Part shown: positions 51,208-64,000 of the stretch, in pieces
How the letters are laid out: each line of letters starts with the position of its first letter
Numbering within the stretch: position 1 is the first letter of the stretch
NCBI GenBank assembly: GCA_963846675.1
Contig: CAWJWV010000007.1
Coordinates: 760,466-824,465, forward strand
Direction of reading: 5' to 3'
Length of the DNA stretch: 64,000 bases
Source: an uncultured beta proteobacterium
Lineage (GTDB): Bacteria > Pseudomonadota > Gammaproteobacteria > Burkholderiales > Burkholderiaceae_C
Program-made: the position numbers and the translations under genes
Notes under the pieces: generated by a model
What the model was told of the DNA's origin: nothing
Database searches by the model: none
What the model saw: only the letters and a program-made list of their open reading frames with translations

Positions 51208-52045
51208 AGCAGCGCATCATCACGGCGGTGGCGATGCTGGCGGTGCTGCTGCCGGCCTTGTTCGCACCCTGGCAGTGGCCGTTTGCCGCGCTCAGCCTGC
51301 TGATCGTCGCAGCCGCGGGTTGGGAATGGGCGCGGCTGAACGCTCTGTCCGGTGCGCGCGCGCTTGCCTATGGTGCAGTGCTCGCCGGCGCCTGCGCTGC
51401 TGGCCTGGCTGGCCGGCTGGATCCGGACCGTGCCGGCGCTGTTGTGGTGGGCTGCGCTGCTGGTCTGGGTTGGCGGCGGCGCCTGGGCGCTGCGCATCGG
51501 CGTCGCCGGCTGGCCGCGCCTGCCCCGGTCGGGCCGCCTGCGTGATCGGACTGGTGATGCTGTGGACTGCCTGGCTGGCACTGGTCGGATCGCGCGCGCT
51601 CGGCGTCAACTTCCTGCTGTCGCTGCTGTGCATCGTCTGGATGGCCGACATCGCCGCCTATTTCGGCGGCCGAGCCTTCGGCCGGCGCAAGCTGGCGCCG
51701 GCGATCAGCCCTGGCAAGAGCTGGGCAGGTGTCTACAGCGGCATGGCCGGGACGCTGGTGTTGGCGGTGGTCTGGCTGTGGATCGAGCGCAGCTGGCCGG
51801 GATCGGCGGGCGGCGCGAGCTGGTTCAGCCTGGTTGCGGCCCGGCTCGGAACGCTCCCGATGCTGGTGGCGGTGCTCTTCCTGGCCGCGCTGAGCGTCGT
51901 CGGCGATCTGGTCGAGTCGCTGGTCAAGCGCAGTGCCGGTGCCAAGGACAGCAGCACGCTGCTGCCCGGACATGGCGGGGTGCTCGACCGCATCGACGCG
52001 GTGCTGCCGGTGCTGCCGCTTGCCCTCGCGTTTCTCGCGCTGTGA
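51201..52045 (+). CDS. cdsA: phosphatidate cytidylyltransferase (frameshifted)
   Basis: [23 protein letters not shown] and [25 protein letters not shown]. Confidence 0.94.
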
Positions 52046-52073
52046 GTCGCCGCGGCACTCGAACCAGTCCTCC

Positions 52074-53290
52074 ATGGCGATCAATCTGAATCCGGACCGA
52101 CGCGGCGCTGCGTCTGTGCATCCTCGGCTCGACCGGCTCGATCGGCGTCAGCACGCTCGATGTCGTCGCGCGCCATCCGCAGCGCTTCGAGGTCTTCGCG
52201 CTGACCGCGCACAGCCGCATCGACGAGCTGCTGGCGCAGTGCCTGGCGTTCCAGCCGCGCTACGCCGCGCTGCCGGATGCGGCGCCGGCCGCGCGCCTGC
52301 GTGAGCGGCTGCGTGCCGCCGGCTGTGCGACCGAGGTGCTGGTCGGGCCACGGGCGCTGTGCGAACTGGCGGCGCATCCGGAGGTCGACGCGGTGATGGC
52401 GGCGATCGTCGGTGCCGCCGGCCTGCCGCCCTGCCTGGCTGCTGCGCGAGGCCGGCAAGCGGCTGCTGCTGGCCAACAAGGAGGCGCTCGTCGTCGGCGG
52501 GGCGCTGTTCATGGACGCGGTGCGACGCGGCGGCGCGACGCTGCTGCCGATCGACAGCGAGCATTCGGCGATCTTCCAGTGCCTGCCCGAGGACCGCACG
52601 CCAGTGGACGCAGCGCATCGACCACATCATCCTGACCGCGTCCGGCGGGCCGTTTCGTGAACGCGATCCGGACAGCTCGCGCGACATCACGCCGGACCAG
52701 GCGTGCGCCCATCCGAACTGGGTCATGGGGCGCAAGATCTCGGTCGATTCGGCGACCATGATGAACAAGGCGCTCGAGGTGATCGAGGCGCGCTGGCTGT
52801 TCGACCTCGACGCCCGAGCAGCTGCGCGTGGTGATCCATCCACAGAGCATCGTCCATTCGATGGTCGTGTGTCGCGACAACTCGGTGCTGGCCCAACTCG
52901 GCACGCCCGACATGCGGGTCCCGATCGCCTACGGTCTGGCGTTCCCCGAGCGCATCGAAAGCGGGGCCGGCCAGCTGGATTTCACGCGCCTGGGCGCACT
53001 GAGCTTCGAGCCTGCCGACGAGCGGCGCTTTCCCGGACTGTTCCTGGCCTGGGACGCCTTGCGTGCCCGAGCCGGCACGCACAGCGGTGCTGAATGCCGC
53101 CAACGAGGAGGCGGTCGCCGCCTTCCTCGACCGACGCATCGGTTTCGACCGCATCCATGGCGTGAACCGCGACACGCTCGATGCGGTGCTGCCCGCGCTC
53201 GGGGACGCCGAGAGCTTCGACGCGCTGCTCGAGCTCGACCGGCGCGCACGCGCCGAGGCCGGCGCCTGCATCGCGAGGTGGACACGGTGA
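52074..53290 (+). CDS. dxr: 1-deoxy-D-xylulose-5-phosphate reductoisomerase (frameshifted)
   Basis: [44 protein letters not shown] and NAANE. Confidence 0.96.
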
Positions 53291-54675
53291 TCGTCACCAT
53301 CCTGGCCTTCGTGGTCACGCTCGGCCTGCTGATCGTGATCCATGAATATGGCCACTATCGCGTCGCCAGGGCCTGCGGTGTCAAGGTGCTGCGCTTCTCG
53401 GTCGGCTTCGGTCGCGTGCTCTGGCGTCGACAGCGCACGCCCGACAGCACCGAGTTCGTGATTTCGGCACTGCCGCTCGGCGGCTATGTCCGCATGCTCG
53501 ACGAGCGCGAGGGCGACGTGCCGCCGGAGCAGCGCCCGCTCGCCTTCAACCGCAAGCCGCTGTGGCAGCGCAGCGCGGTCGTGGCAGCCGGTCCGGCGGC
53601 CAACCTGCTGCTCGCGGTGCTGCTGTATGCGGCCGCCAACTGGATCGGCGTCGACGAGCCCCGCGCGCTGCTGGCCGAGCCACCGGCCGGCAGCATCGCC
53701 GCCCGCGCGGGCGTGCGTGCCGGTGACTGGGCGCGCGCCGTCTCGGCCGATGGCGCTGAATGGCAGGACCTGCAGTCGATGACCGACCTGAGGTGGGAGG
53801 TGACGCAGGCGGCCTTGCGCGGGGAACGGCTGATGCTGTCGGTCAGCGACCCGGCCGGCCGGCGCGCACGCAACCTGACGCTCGACTTCGCCGGGCTGGA
53901 GGCACGCGACGTCGACGCCAGTCTGATGCGGCGGATCGGCCTCGGCCAGCCATACAGCCAGGCCGTGCTGGGCGAGGTCAAGCCGGCAGGTCCGGCCGCC
54001 CGAGCCGGCCTGCGCAGCGGCGATCTGGTGCTCAGCGTCGACGGGGTGGCGGTCAGCGATGCGGCGAGCCTGCGCGAGACGATCCGGGCCGCGGTGGCGC
54101 GCGATGCGGCTGGCAATCCTCAACCGCGCACCATGCAGTGGCGCATCGAGCGGGACGGCCAGACGATGAGCTTCGGGCTGACACCGGTGCTGGCAGGCGA
54201 CGCCTCCGGGCAGCGGATCGGACGCATCGAGGCCTTCGTCGGGCGGCCGGCCGAGATGGTCACCGTGACCCACGGACCCATCGACGGATTGACGCAGGCG
54301 GCGGTGCGCACCTGGGACATGTCGGTGCTGACGCTGAAGATGATCGGACGCATGGTGACCGGCGAAGCGTCGCTCAGGAACCTGTCCGGACCACTGACGA
54401 TTGCCGACTATGCCGGCCAGTCGGCGCGCCTCGGACTCGCCTACTATCTCGGCTTTCTCGCGATCGTCAGCATCAGCCTCGGCGTGCTCAATCTGCTCCC
54501 GCTGCCGATGCTCGATGGCGGACACCTGATGTATTATCTTTTCGAAGCAGTGACAGGGCGGCCGGTCTCCGAGTTGTGGCTGGACCGGCTGCAACGAGGC
54601 GGCGTGGCCATCATGCTCATGATGATGTCGCTCGCCCTTTACAACGACGTGGCCCGCCTGCTGGGCCTGCACTGA
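53287..54675 (+). CDS. rseP: RIP metalloprotease RseP
   Basis: HEYGH, PLGGYV, two PDZ-like segments and [11 protein letters not shown]; GTG start overlaps the dxr stop. Confidence 0.95.
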   Translation: MIVTILAFVVTLGLLIVIHEYGHYRVARACGVKVLRFSVGFGRVLWRRQRTPDSTEFVISALPLGGYVRMLDEREGDVPPEQRPLAFNRKPLWQRSAVVAAGPAANLLLAVLLYAAANWIGVDEPRALLAEPPAGSIAARAGVRAGDWARAVSADGAEWQDLQSMTDLRWEVTQAALRGERLMLSVSDPAGRRARNLTLDFAGLEARDVDASLMRRIGLGQPYSQAVLGEVKPAGPAARAGLRSGDLVLSVDGVAVSDAASLRETIRAAVARDAAGNPQPRTMQWRIERDGQTMSFGLTPVLAGDASGQRIGRIEAFVGRPAEMVTVTHGPIDGLTQAAVRTWDMSVLTLKMIGRMVTGEASLRNLSGPLTIADYAGQSARLGLAYYLGFLAIVSISLGVLNLLPLPMLDGGHLMYYLFEAVTGRPVSELWLDRLQRGGVAIMLMMMSLALYNDVARLLGLH

Positions 54676-54684
54676 CTCTGTCGC

Positions 54685-56990
54685 ATGCCGACCCATTCCC
54701 GTTTGTCCCGTTTCGCCCTGACGGCGCTGTCCGTTGCCCTGTCCGCGAGCCTTTACACCGGCTCCGCGTGGGCTGTCGATCCATTCCCGTTGCGCGACAT
54801 CCGCGTCGAAGGCCTGCAGCGAACCGACGCCGGCACCGTGTTCGCGGCGCTGCCATTCCGCGTCGGTGACACCTACACCGACGAGAAGGGGGCGGCCGCG
54901 CTGCGCGCGCTGTTCGCGACCGGTCTGTTCAAGGACGTGCGCATCGAGATCGAGAACGGCGTCGTCGTCGTGATCGTCGACGAGCGCTCGGTCATCAACA
55001 CCATCGACTTCGTCGGCCTGAAGGAATTCGACAAGGACGTGCTGATCAAGTCGCTGAAGGACTTCGGCATCGGCCAGGGCCTGCCGTTCGACAAGGCGCT
55101 CGCCGACCGCGCCGAGCAGGAACTCAAGCGGCAGTACCTGACGCGCAGCCTGTACGGCGCCGAGGTGGTCACCACGGTGACCCCGCTCGAGCGCAATCGC
55201 GTCAACGTGACCTTCACGATCACCGAGGGCGAGGCGGCGGCGATCAGCGAGATCAACATCGTCGGCAACCGCGTCTTCAGCGACAGCACGCTGAAAGGCC
55301 TGTTCGACCTGAGCACCGGCGGCTGGCTCAACTGGTATACCAAGGCCGACCGCTACTCGCGAGCCAAGCTCAACGCCGATCTCGAGACGCTGCGCGCCTA
55401 CTACCTCAATCGCGGTTATCTCGAGTTCAGTGTCGACTCGACCCAGGTCTCGATCTCGCCCGACAAGCAGAACATCACGATCACGATCAACGTCATCGAG
55501 GGCCAGCCCTACACGGTGACCGCGGTGCGGCTCGAAGGCGACTACCTCGGCAAGGAAGACGATTTCAAGGCGCTCGTCACGGTCAAGCCGGGCGAAGCCG
55601 TACCGGGCCGAAGCGGTGGCCGAGACCACCCGTGCCTTCACCGAGCGCTTCGGCAGCTTCGGATTCGCGTTTGCCCGCGTCGAGGCCCGCCCGGAGATCG
55701 ACCGCTCGACCGGTCGGGTCGCGCTGGTCATCGCGGCCGAACCGAGCCGGCGCGTGTATGTGCGTCGCATCAATGTCGCCGGCAACAGCCGCACCCGTGA
55801 CGAAGTGATCCGGCGCGAGTTCCGCCAGTTCGAGTCGTCGTGGTACGACGCGCGCAAGATCAAGCTGTCGCGCGATCGGGTCGACCGGCTCGGCTACTTC
55901 AGCGAGGTCAATGTCGAGACGAACGAAGTGCCGGGTACCCAGGACCAGGTCGACTTGACGGTGACGATCAAGGAAAAGCCGACCGGCAACCTGTTGCTCG
56001 GCGCCGGCTTCTCGAGCGCCGAGAAGCTGTCGCTGACGGCCTCGATCAAGCAGGAAAACGTCTTCGGCTCGGGCAACTACCTCGGCGTCGAACTCAACAC
56101 CAGCCGCTCGCAGCGCACCGTCGTGATCAGCACGGTCGATCCGTACTTCACGGTCGACGGCGTCTCGCGTGCCATCGACGTCTTCTATCGCACCGTCAAG
56201 CCGCTGAACAGCCAGGGCGAGGAATACAAGCTGGTGACCCCAGGCATGTCGGTGCGCTTCGGCGTGCCGTTCAGCGAGTTCGACACCGTCTTCTTCGGCG
56301 CCGGATACGAGCGCACCGAGATCCGCGGCGAGACGGCGTTGCCCAACAACTATTTCCTGTATCGCGAGTTGTTCGGGTCGGTCAGTTCGTCGGTGCCGCT
56401 GACGATCGGCTGGGCGCGCGACGAGCGCGACAGCGCACTGGTGCCCACCCGCGGCCGCTATTCGCGGGTCAACCTCGACTGGGGTGTGCTCGGCGATACG
56501 CGCTACCTGCGCAGCAACCTGCAGGTCCAGCAGTACTTCCCGATCAGCCGGCGCTTCACGCTCGGGCTGAATGGTGAACTCGGCTGGGGCAAGGGTCTCG
56601 GCGGACGCCCGTATCCGATCTTCAAGAACTTCTACGGCGGCGGTCTGGGTACCGTGCGTGCTTTCGACCAGGGCTCGCTCGGCCCGGTCGACGTTACCGG
56701 CGCCTACCTCGGCGGCTCCAAGCGCCTGAACCTGAATGCCGAGCTGTACCTGCCGATCCCCGGCACCGGCAATGACCGCACGCTGCGCTGGTTCACCTAT
56801 GCCGACGTCGGCAACGTGTGGGGCGAACAGGAAGACTTCGACCTCGTCGAGCCTGCGTGCCTCGGCCGGTGTCGGCCTGAGCTGGATCTCGCCGGTCGGG
56901 CCGCTCAAGCTCAGCTACGGCACGCCGATCCGCAAACGCCCAGAAGATAGAATCCAACGCCTTCAATTCCAGATCGGGACCGCGTTCTAA
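54685..56990 (+). CDS. bamA: outer membrane assembly factor BamA (2 frameshifts)
   Basis: POTRA repeats (DIRVEGLQR, GNSRTRDEVIRRE), VRAF loop, SPVGPL and terminal FQIGTAF. Confidence 0.96.
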
Positions 56991-57501
56991 TGAAAAGCTA
57001 TTTGGTTCAAACGGTTGCAGCAGCCGCCATCGCGCTGACTGCATTCGGTGTCCAGGCCCAGGAGCTGAAGATCGGCTACGTCAACAGTGATCGGGTGCTG
57101 CGCGACGCAGCGCCGGCCAAGGCGGCGCAGGCCAAGCTCGAATCCGAATTCTCCAAGCGCGAAAAGGATCTCGCCGACCTGGCGAACCGCCTGAAGGGCG
57201 ACCGGCGACAAGCTCGAGAAGGATGCGCCCACGCTGTCCGAGGCGGAACGCAATCGCCGCCAGCGCGACCTGGTCGAGCAGGATCGCGAATTCCAGCGCA
57301 AGCGCCGTGAGTTCCAGGAAGACCTGAACCAGCGCAAGAACGAGGAACTCGCGGCGGTCGTCGAGCGCGCCAACAAGGTCATCAAGCAGATCTTCGAAGT
57401 CCGAGAAGTACGACCTGATCATCCAGGAGGCGGTGTTTGCCGGTCCGCGGCTGGACATCACCGACAAGGTCATCAAGTCCTTGAACGCGCAGGGCAAGTG
57501 A
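56990..57501 (+). CDS. skp: periplasmic chaperone Skp/OmpH (frameshifted)
   Basis: Signal peptide, KIGYVN, FQEDLNQRKNEE and DITDKVI. Confidence 0.92.
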
Positions 57502-57505
57502 CGCG

Positions 57506-58587
57506 GTGCCGGCCGGCTATGCGCTCGGCGACATCGTCGCCGCGCTGGCGGCGGATCCCCGGGGCGATCTCGGCGCGCAGCTGATCGGCGATCCCGGTCT
57601 GCGCGTCGACGCGCATCGGACCGCTCGATGGCGCCGACGAATCGACGCTGTCGTTCCTGGCCAATCCTCGTTATCGCTCGCAGCTGGAGCACTCCGGCGC
57701 CGGCTGCGTGATCGTCGCTCCCGCATTCGCCGACGAGGCGGCGCGCCGCCGGGCCGTCATCCGTTGCGCCGATCCCTACCTTGGTTTCGCGCGCCTGACG
57801 CAGTGGTGGGCGCGTCAGCAGCGGCCGGTGGCGCCGGCCGGCATCCATCCGAGTGCGATCGTCGATCCGCTGGCCGAAGTCGACCCCACCGCATCGGTCG
57901 GACCGCTGGCGGTGATCGAGGCGGGTGCCCGGATCGGTCGCCGGCTGCGTCATCGGGTCGCATTGCTGCATCGGTCGCGCGGCGCAGATCGGCGCCGACA
58001 GTCGGCTGGCTGCGCATGTGGTCATCGGTGCCGACTGCCGCATCGGGGCGCGCGCACTGCTGCACAGCGGCGTGGTGATCGGTGCCGACGGATTCGGCTT
58101 CGCGCCGCACGCCGGCGGCTGGGAAAAGATCGAGCAGCTCGGCGCGGTGCGAATCGGTGACGACGTCGAGATCGGTGCCAACAGCTGCGTCGACCGTGGC
58201 GCGCTCGACGACACGGTGATCGAAGACGGCGTCAAGCTCGACAACATGGTGCAGATCGCGCACAACGTGCGGGTCGGCGCGCATACCGCGATGGCCGGCT
58301 CGTCGGGTGTGGCCGGCAGTTCGGTGATCGGCGCCCATTGCTCGATCGGCGGTGCCGCAGTCATCCTCGGCCACCTCGAGCTGGCGGACGGTGTCACGAT
58401 CTCGGCGGCGAGCGTGGTCATGCGCTCGATCCGCAAGCCGGGCATGTACAGCGGCATCTTTCCCATCGACGACAATGCGTCCTGGGAGAAGAACGCCGCA
58501 ACGCTGCGGCAACTGCACAGCCTGCGCGATCGGCTGCGTGCGCTGGAGCGCCTGCAGGCCGGATCGCCCGACAAGAACACGCCATGA
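57506..58587 (+). CDS. lpxD: UDP-3-O-acylglucosamine N-acyltransferase (frameshifted)
   Basis: DPYLGFA, hexapeptide repeats, [16 protein letters not shown] and [11 protein letters not shown]. Confidence 0.95.
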
Positions 58588-59027
58588 CGATGGACATCCA
58601 CGAGATTCTGCGCAAGCTCCCGCACCGGTATCCGATCCTGCTGGTCGACCGGGTGATCGAGTTCGAAAAGGGCAAGCGCATCCGCGCCCTGAAGAACGTC
58701 ACGATCAACGAGCCGTACTTCACCGGTCACTTTCCGCAGCGCCCGGTCATGCCGGGGGTGCTGATGCTCGAGGCGCTGGCGCAGGCAGCGGCGCTGCTGT
58801 CGTTCGCCACGATGGAAGTCGAATCGGACGACAAGACCGTCTACTACTTCGCCGGCATCGATGGTGCACGCTTCAAGCGGCCGGTCGAACCGGGGGACCA
58901 GCTGATCCTCGATGTCTCGCTCGAACGCTCGAAGTCGGGCATCTTCAAGTTCAAGGCGCGTGCTTCGGTCGGCGACCAGCTGGCAGTCGAAGCCGACCTG
59001 ATGTGCACGATGCGCCGCGTCGGCTGA
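58584..59027 (+). CDS. fabZ: 3-hydroxyacyl-ACP dehydratase
   Basis: [11 protein letters not shown] and [18 protein letters not shown]. Confidence 0.97.
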   Translation: MTMDIHEILRKLPHRYPILLVDRVIEFEKGKRIRALKNVTINEPYFTGHFPQRPVMPGVLMLEALAQAAALLSFATMEVESDDKTVYYFAGIDGARFKRPVEPGDQLILDVSLERSKSGIFKFKARASVGDQLAVEADLMCTMRRVG

Positions 59028-59067
59028 GACCGCCGCGCCCGGCGCGCCAGTCTGCTTACCGTTCATC

Positions 59068-59856
59068 ATGCCCAACGTCCATCCCACGGCACTCGTCGAT
59101 CGCGCAGCTGAACTCGCCGATACGGTCGAGGTCGGCGCCTACAGCGTGATCGGCCCGCATGTTCGCATCGGCAGCGGAACCACGATCGGCGCCCACTGCG
59201 TGATCGAAGGTCGCACGCGCATCGGCGCCGACAACCGCATCTTCCAGTTCTGCTCGCTGGGTGCAGTGCCGCAGGACAAGAAATATGCCGGTGAGCCGAC
59301 CGAGCTGCACATCGGCGACCGCAACACGATCCGCGAGTTCTGCAGCTTCAACCTCGGTACCGCGCAGGACGGCGGCGTCACCCGCGTCGGCGACGACAAC
59401 TGGATCATGGCCTATGTGCACCTCGCACACGATGTGCAGCTGGGCAACCGCACCATCCTGGCCAACAATGCGACGCTTGCCGGTCATGTCGAGGTCGGCG
59501 ACTGGGCGATCATCGGTGGCCTGAGCGGCATCCACCAGTTCTGCAAGGTCGGGGCGCATGTGATGACCGGTTTCCAGAGCCACGTCTCGCAGGACATTCC
59601 GCCGTTCATGACGGTGTCGGGCAATCCGCTGGCGGTGCACGGCATCAATGCCGAGGGCCTGCGCCGGCGCGGTTTCACGCCCGAGCGGATCGCCCGCATC
59701 AAGCGCATGCACCGACTGCTGTACCGCGACGGGCTGACCTTCGCCGATTCGCAGCAGGCGATCGCCGCACTCGATGCCGACGATGCCGATGGCCGCAGCG
59801 ACGTGCAGGCGATGACGCGCTTCCTCGCCGCGGCAACGCGCGGCATCGTGCGCTGA
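59068..59856 (+). CDS. lpxA: UDP-GlcNAc acyltransferase
   Basis: Hexapeptide repeats, PQDKKY, HLAHD, LAGHV and RGIVR end. Confidence 0.97.
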   Translation: MPNVHPTALVDRAAELADTVEVGAYSVIGPHVRIGSGTTIGAHCVIEGRTRIGADNRIFQFCSLGAVPQDKKYAGEPTELHIGDRNTIREFCSFNLGTAQDGGVTRVGDDNWIMAYVHLAHDVQLGNRTILANNATLAGHVEVGDWAIIGGLSGIHQFCKVGAHVMTGFQSHVSQDIPPFMTVSGNPLAVHGINAEGLRRRGFTPERIARIKRMHRLLYRDGLTFADSQQAIAALDADDADGRSDVQAMTRFLAAATRGIVR

Positions 59857-59862
59857 GCCCCC

Positions 59863-61011
59863 GTGGCCACCGATCCGCGCGTCGCGCTCGTCGCCGGCGA
59901 GGCGTCGGGCGACCTGCTTGCCGGCCTGCTGCTGGGCGGCATGCGCTCGCGCTGGCCGCTGATGCAGGCCGCCGGCATCGGCGGGCCGCGGATGGAGCCG
60001 CACGGGTTCGACGCCTGGTGGCCCTACCAGCGGCTGGCGGTGCGCGGCTACGTCGAGGTGCTGCGCCACTACCGCGGATTGTCGCAACTGCGGCGCGAGC
60101 TCGGCGACCGGCTGCTGCGTGAGCGGCCCGACGTCTTCATCGGGGTCGACGCGCCCGACTTCAACCTCGGGCTGGAGACCCGGCTCAAGCGCGCCGGCCT
60201 GCGAACCATTCATTTCGTCAGCCCGTCGATCTGGGCCTGGCGCGGCAAGCGCATCGATGCAATCGGTGCGGCGGTCGACCACGTGCTGTGCATCTTCCCG
60301 TTCGAGCCGGCGCTGTACCGCGAGCGCGGAATCGCGGCCACCTACGTCGGCCACCCGCTTGCCGACGCGATTGCGCTGGAGGTGCCCCGTGCGGCGGCGC
60401 GTGCCGGGCTCGGGATCGCCGACGGCACCGCGCTGGTCGCGCTGCTGCCCGGCAGCCGCCGATCCGAGATCGAGGAGATCGCACCGCGCCTGCTCGCCGC
60501 CGCTGGGCGGATGCATGCGGTGCGCCCGGAGCTGGCGTTCGCGCTGCCGGTTGTTCCCGGGCTGCGCGCGCTGGTCGAGCCGATCGTGCAGCGCTGCGCC
60601 CCGGATCTGCCGCTGCAGCTGCTCGACGGACACTCGCATGCGGCGCTGGCCGCCTGCGACGTCGTGCTCGTCGCAAGCGGGACGGCGACGCTCGAGGCCG
60701 CACTGTTCAAGCGACCGATGGTGATCGTCTATTCGATGAACCGCCTGTCATGGCAGATCATGAAGCGCATGCGCTATCAGCCCTGGATCGGCCTGCCGAA
60801 CATCCTGCTGCGCGACTTCGCAGTTCCGGAGCTGCTGCAGGAGGATGCCACACCGCAGCGCATCGCGGACGCCGCCTTGCAGTGGCTCGACGACGCAAAC
60901 GGTGCCCAGCGCCTCGAACAGCGTTTTCTGGAACTGCACCACCAGCTGCGTTGCAACACCGCGGTTGCGGCTACCCGGGTGATCGAAGATGTCCTCGACG
61001 CCGCCGGCTAG
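59863..61011 (+). CDS. lpxB: lipid A disaccharide synthase
   Basis: [35 protein letters not shown] and ASGTATLE. Confidence 0.97.
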   Translation: MATDPRVALVAGEASGDLLAGLLLGGMRSRWPLMQAAGIGGPRMEPHGFDAWWPYQRLAVRGYVEVLRHYRGLSQLRRELGDRLLRERPDVFIGVDAPDFNLGLETRLKRAGLRTIHFVSPSIWAWRGKRIDAIGAAVDHVLCIFPFEPALYRERGIAATYVGHPLADAIALEVPRAAARAGLGIADGTALVALLPGSRRSEIEEIAPRLLAAAGRMHAVRPELAFALPVVPGLRALVEPIVQRCAPDLPLQLLDGHSHAALAACDVVLVASGTATLEAALFKRPMVIVYSMNRLSWQIMKRMRYQPWIGLPNILLRDFAVPELLQEDATPQRIADAALQWLDDANGAQRLEQRFLELHHQLRCNTAVAATRVIEDVLDAAG

Positions 61012-61013
61012 GC

Positions 61014-61640
61014 GTGCGCGCATGCCGCGCGACTGGCCTCAACTCGACCTGTGCCGCGATCGCGGAGGCTCTGGTCGCCGGTGTCGACGAAGCCGGCCGC
61101 GGGCCGCTGGCCGGTCCGGTCGTCGCCGCCGCGGTCATCCTCGACGATCTGCAACTGATCCGCGGCCTGCAGGACTCGAAGCAGCTCACCGCGCTGCAAC
61201 GCGAGCGCCTGTACGACGAGATTCGCGCCCGGGCGCTGTGTTTCGCCATCGCCCACGCGAGTGTCGACGAGATCGACCGCCTGAACATCCTGCAGGCCAC
61301 GCTGCTCGCGATGAAGCGCGCGGTCGACGCGCTGCGGCTGCGACCTCAGCTTGTGCTGGTCGACGGCAATCAGCTGCCGGTGCTCGATGTCGCAGCCGAA
61401 CCGGTGATCGGCGGCGATGCGCGCATCGCCGCCATCGCCGCGGCATCGATACTCGCCAAGGTCCACCGTGACCGGCTGTGCGATGAGCTCCACACCGAAT
61501 ACCCGAGCTACGGGTTCTGTCATCACAAGGGCTACGCGACCGCATCGCACCTGTCCGCGCTGCGGCTGCATGGCGCCTGTCCGCACCATCGGCGCAGTTT
61601 CGCGCCGGTCGCTGCCCAGCTCGGCGCCCTCCTGGCATGA
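61014..61640 (+). CDS. rnhB: ribonuclease HII
   Basis: [30 protein letters not shown] and HRRSF. Start approximate. Confidence 0.95.
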   Translation: MRACRATGLNSTCAAIAEALVAGVDEAGRGPLAGPVVAAAVILDDLQLIRGLQDSKQLTALQRERLYDEIRARALCFAIAHASVDEIDRLNILQATLLAMKRAVDALRLRPQLVLVDGNQLPVLDVAAEPVIGGDARIAAIAAASILAKVHRDRLCDELHTEYPSYGFCHHKGYATASHLSALRLHGACPHHRRSFAPVAAQLGALLA

Positions 61641-62424
61641 GCCAGGTGCAGTCGATCGGATCTCGCAGCAACCCGCAGTGGCAGCAGCTGCGCCGGCTCG
61701 CGCAACAGCCGTCGGCCTACCGCCAGCAGCATCGGGTCTGGCTCGAAGGCGAGCACCTGTGCGAGGAGGCCGTGCGGCGCGGGCAGGCGATCGAGCTGGC
61801 GGTGATCGGCGAATCCGCCTGGAAGCAGCCGCGGCTGCACGCCATGGCGCGGGCCGCACCGCAGGTCCTGCTGATGCCCGACGCGCTGCTGGCGGCGCTG
61901 AGCACGCATGGACTCGGCGCCGCCGCTGGCCATGGTGCTGCCGTGGCGGGCCGACGCGGCGATCGATCCGTTGGCACCGACCATCGTGCTCGACCGGTTG
62001 CAGGATGCCGGCAACGCCGGAACCATCCTGCGCAGCGCGGCCGCATTCGGTTTCCGCCAGGTGCTCGCGCTCAAGGGCAGCGCCGCGCTGTGGTCGCCCG
62101 AAGGTGCTGCGCGCCGGGATGGGGGCGCATTTCGGGCTGCGGCTCGTCGAGTCACTGCAGCCGGATGACCTGGCGTTGCTGCAGGTGCCGCTGTTGGCAA
62201 CCAGCTCGCACGCCGACGCTTCGATCGATGCAATCACGCTGCCGTGGCCGTGTGCCTGGGCGCTGGGCCACGAGGGTCAGGGACTGGCGCTCGAGGTGCA
62301 GCAGCGCTGCACGATGCACCTGCGCATCCCCCAGCCGGGCGGACTCGAATCGCTCAACGTGGCCGCAGCGGCGTCGGTCTGCCTGTATGAATCGGCCCGC
62401 CAGCGGGCGGCCGCCGGACGCTGA
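61637..62424 (+). CDS. TrmH/SpoU-family RNA methyltransferase (frameshifted)
   Basis: [24 protein letters not shown] and ESLNVAAA. Confidence 0.9.
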
Positions 62425-62431
62425 GCGGTCG

Positions 62432-63253
62432 TCAGTAGGTCAGCCGTTCAGGCTGCAGGTCACGCAGGATCGTGGTCGCGATCTCTTCGATCGACTTGTG
62501 AGTCGACGACAGCCAGTCGATGCCTTCGCGCCGCATCATCAGCTCGGCCTCCTTGACCTCGCGCGTGCAGTTGCTGATCGATGCGTAGTCGCTGCCGGGG
62601 CGGCGCTCGGTGCGGATCTGGTGCAGCCGGACCGGATCGATGGTCAGTCCGAAGCACTTGCTCTTGTGCGGCGCCAGCGACGACGGCAGCTGACCGCGGT
62701 CGAAATCCTCCGGGATGAGCGGGTAGTTGGCCGCCTTGATGCCGTGCTGCATCGCCAGGTAGAGCGAGGTCGGCGTCTTGCCGCTGCGGCTGACGCCGAC
62801 CAGGATCACGTCCGCTTCGGCCAGGTTCTTGGCCGACTGGCCGTCGTCGTGGGCGAGCGAGAAATTGATCGCCTCGATGCGTTCGGTATATTGCTGGCTC
62901 TTCGAGACGTCGCTGAAGCGGCCGACGCGGTGGTTCGAGGTGATGCCGAATTCCGACTCGAGCGGTGCGATGAAGGTGCTGAACATGTCGAGCACCAGGC
63001 CCCTGCACTGGGTCTTGACGATCTCGAGCACCGACCGGTCGATCAGCGTGATGAAGACGATCGGGCGGCGACCCTCGAGTTCGGCCAGGTGGTTGATCTC
63101 GCGCACCACCTGATGCGCCTTGTCGCCGGTGTCGATGAAGGGGCGCCGGACATGCCGCGGCCGGATCGCGAACTGATTCAGGATCGAATTGCCGAAGGTC
63201 TCGGCGGTGATCCCGGTTCCATCGGAAACGAAGAAGACGGTGTGACTGGGCAT
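62432..63253 (-). CDS. ppsR: PEP synthase regulatory kinase/pyrophosphorylase (DUF299)
   Basis: From ATG 63253: FFVSDGTGITAE, HDDG, GVSRSGKTPTSLYLA and SIEEIA; divergent from ppsA. Confidence 0.94.
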   Translation of the reverse strand: MPSHTVFFVSDGTGITAETFGNSILNQFAIRPRHVRRPFIDTGDKAHQVVREINHLAELEGRRPIVFITLIDRSVLEIVKTQCRGLVLDMFSTFIAPLESEFGITSNHRVGRFSDVSKSQQYTERIEAINFSLAHDDGQSAKNLAEADVILVGVSRSGKTPTSLYLAMQHGIKAANYPLIPEDFDRGQLPSSLAPHKSKCFGLTIDPVRLHQIRTERRPGSDYASISNCTREVKEAELMMRREGIDWLSSTHKSIEEIATTILRDLQPERLTY

Positions 63254-63312
63254 GGCGGGCTCGAGGTGGTTTCCGGCGCGGCGGTGAAGCTTCCCCGCGG
63301 TGCCGATGATAG

Positions 63313-64000
<688 letters not shown>

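Noticed and set aside
49845-51545. Apparent frr-uppS-cdsA in-frame fusion ORF
   Set aside because: Explained by +1 insertions; normal stops exist at 50400 and 51207, the latter overlapping the cdsA ATG.
52723-55863. Very long antisense ORFs (1046 aa here; also 9366..11654, 57081..59087 and the 5' part of 15133..17937)
   Set aside because: Shadow ORFs opposite well-supported genes, expected from high-GC codon bias; no recognisable motifs.

Overview
High-GC betaproteobacterial chromosome segment. Gene order and protein sequences suggest Burkholderiales, probably the Rubrivivax/Ideonella/Methylibium-like group (inference). From ~7.4 kb to the end it is core housekeeping DNA: sucAB-lpdA-zapE, a PP2C phosphatase, DUF465, a YoaA/DinG helicase, bamD/rluD, scpB-rluB, ndk-rlmN-pilW-rodZ-ispG-hisS-yfgM-bamB-der-hfq-hflXKC-hisZ-purA, tRNA-Leu(CAG), rnr, amidase-dadA-nnr, rpsB-tsf-pyrH-frr-uppS-cdsA-dxr-rseP-bamA-skp-lpxD-fabZ-lpxA-lpxB-rnhB, a TrmH-family methyltransferase and ppsR/ppsA. 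Many essential genes are broken by frameshifts. Every core-gene frameshift I traced is a +1 insertion, so I treat them as long-read sequencing errors rather than pseudogenes, and some coordinates are therefore approximate. The only accessory region is 1-7127 on the minus strand. It holds a type I secretion operon (HlyB, HlyD, ExpC-like GT4 glycosyltransferase) followed by a low-GC two-gene cassette that the ORF track shows only as fragments: a small membrane-anchored two-Cys protein, then the 5' part of a large protein with an N-terminal lipase domain that runs off the window edge. This is the best candidate for an undescribed system: a T1SS-exported, possibly glycosylated lipase effector with a variable N-terminus and a cognate immunity gene. 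No CRISPR array, IS element, integrase or rRNA was seen.
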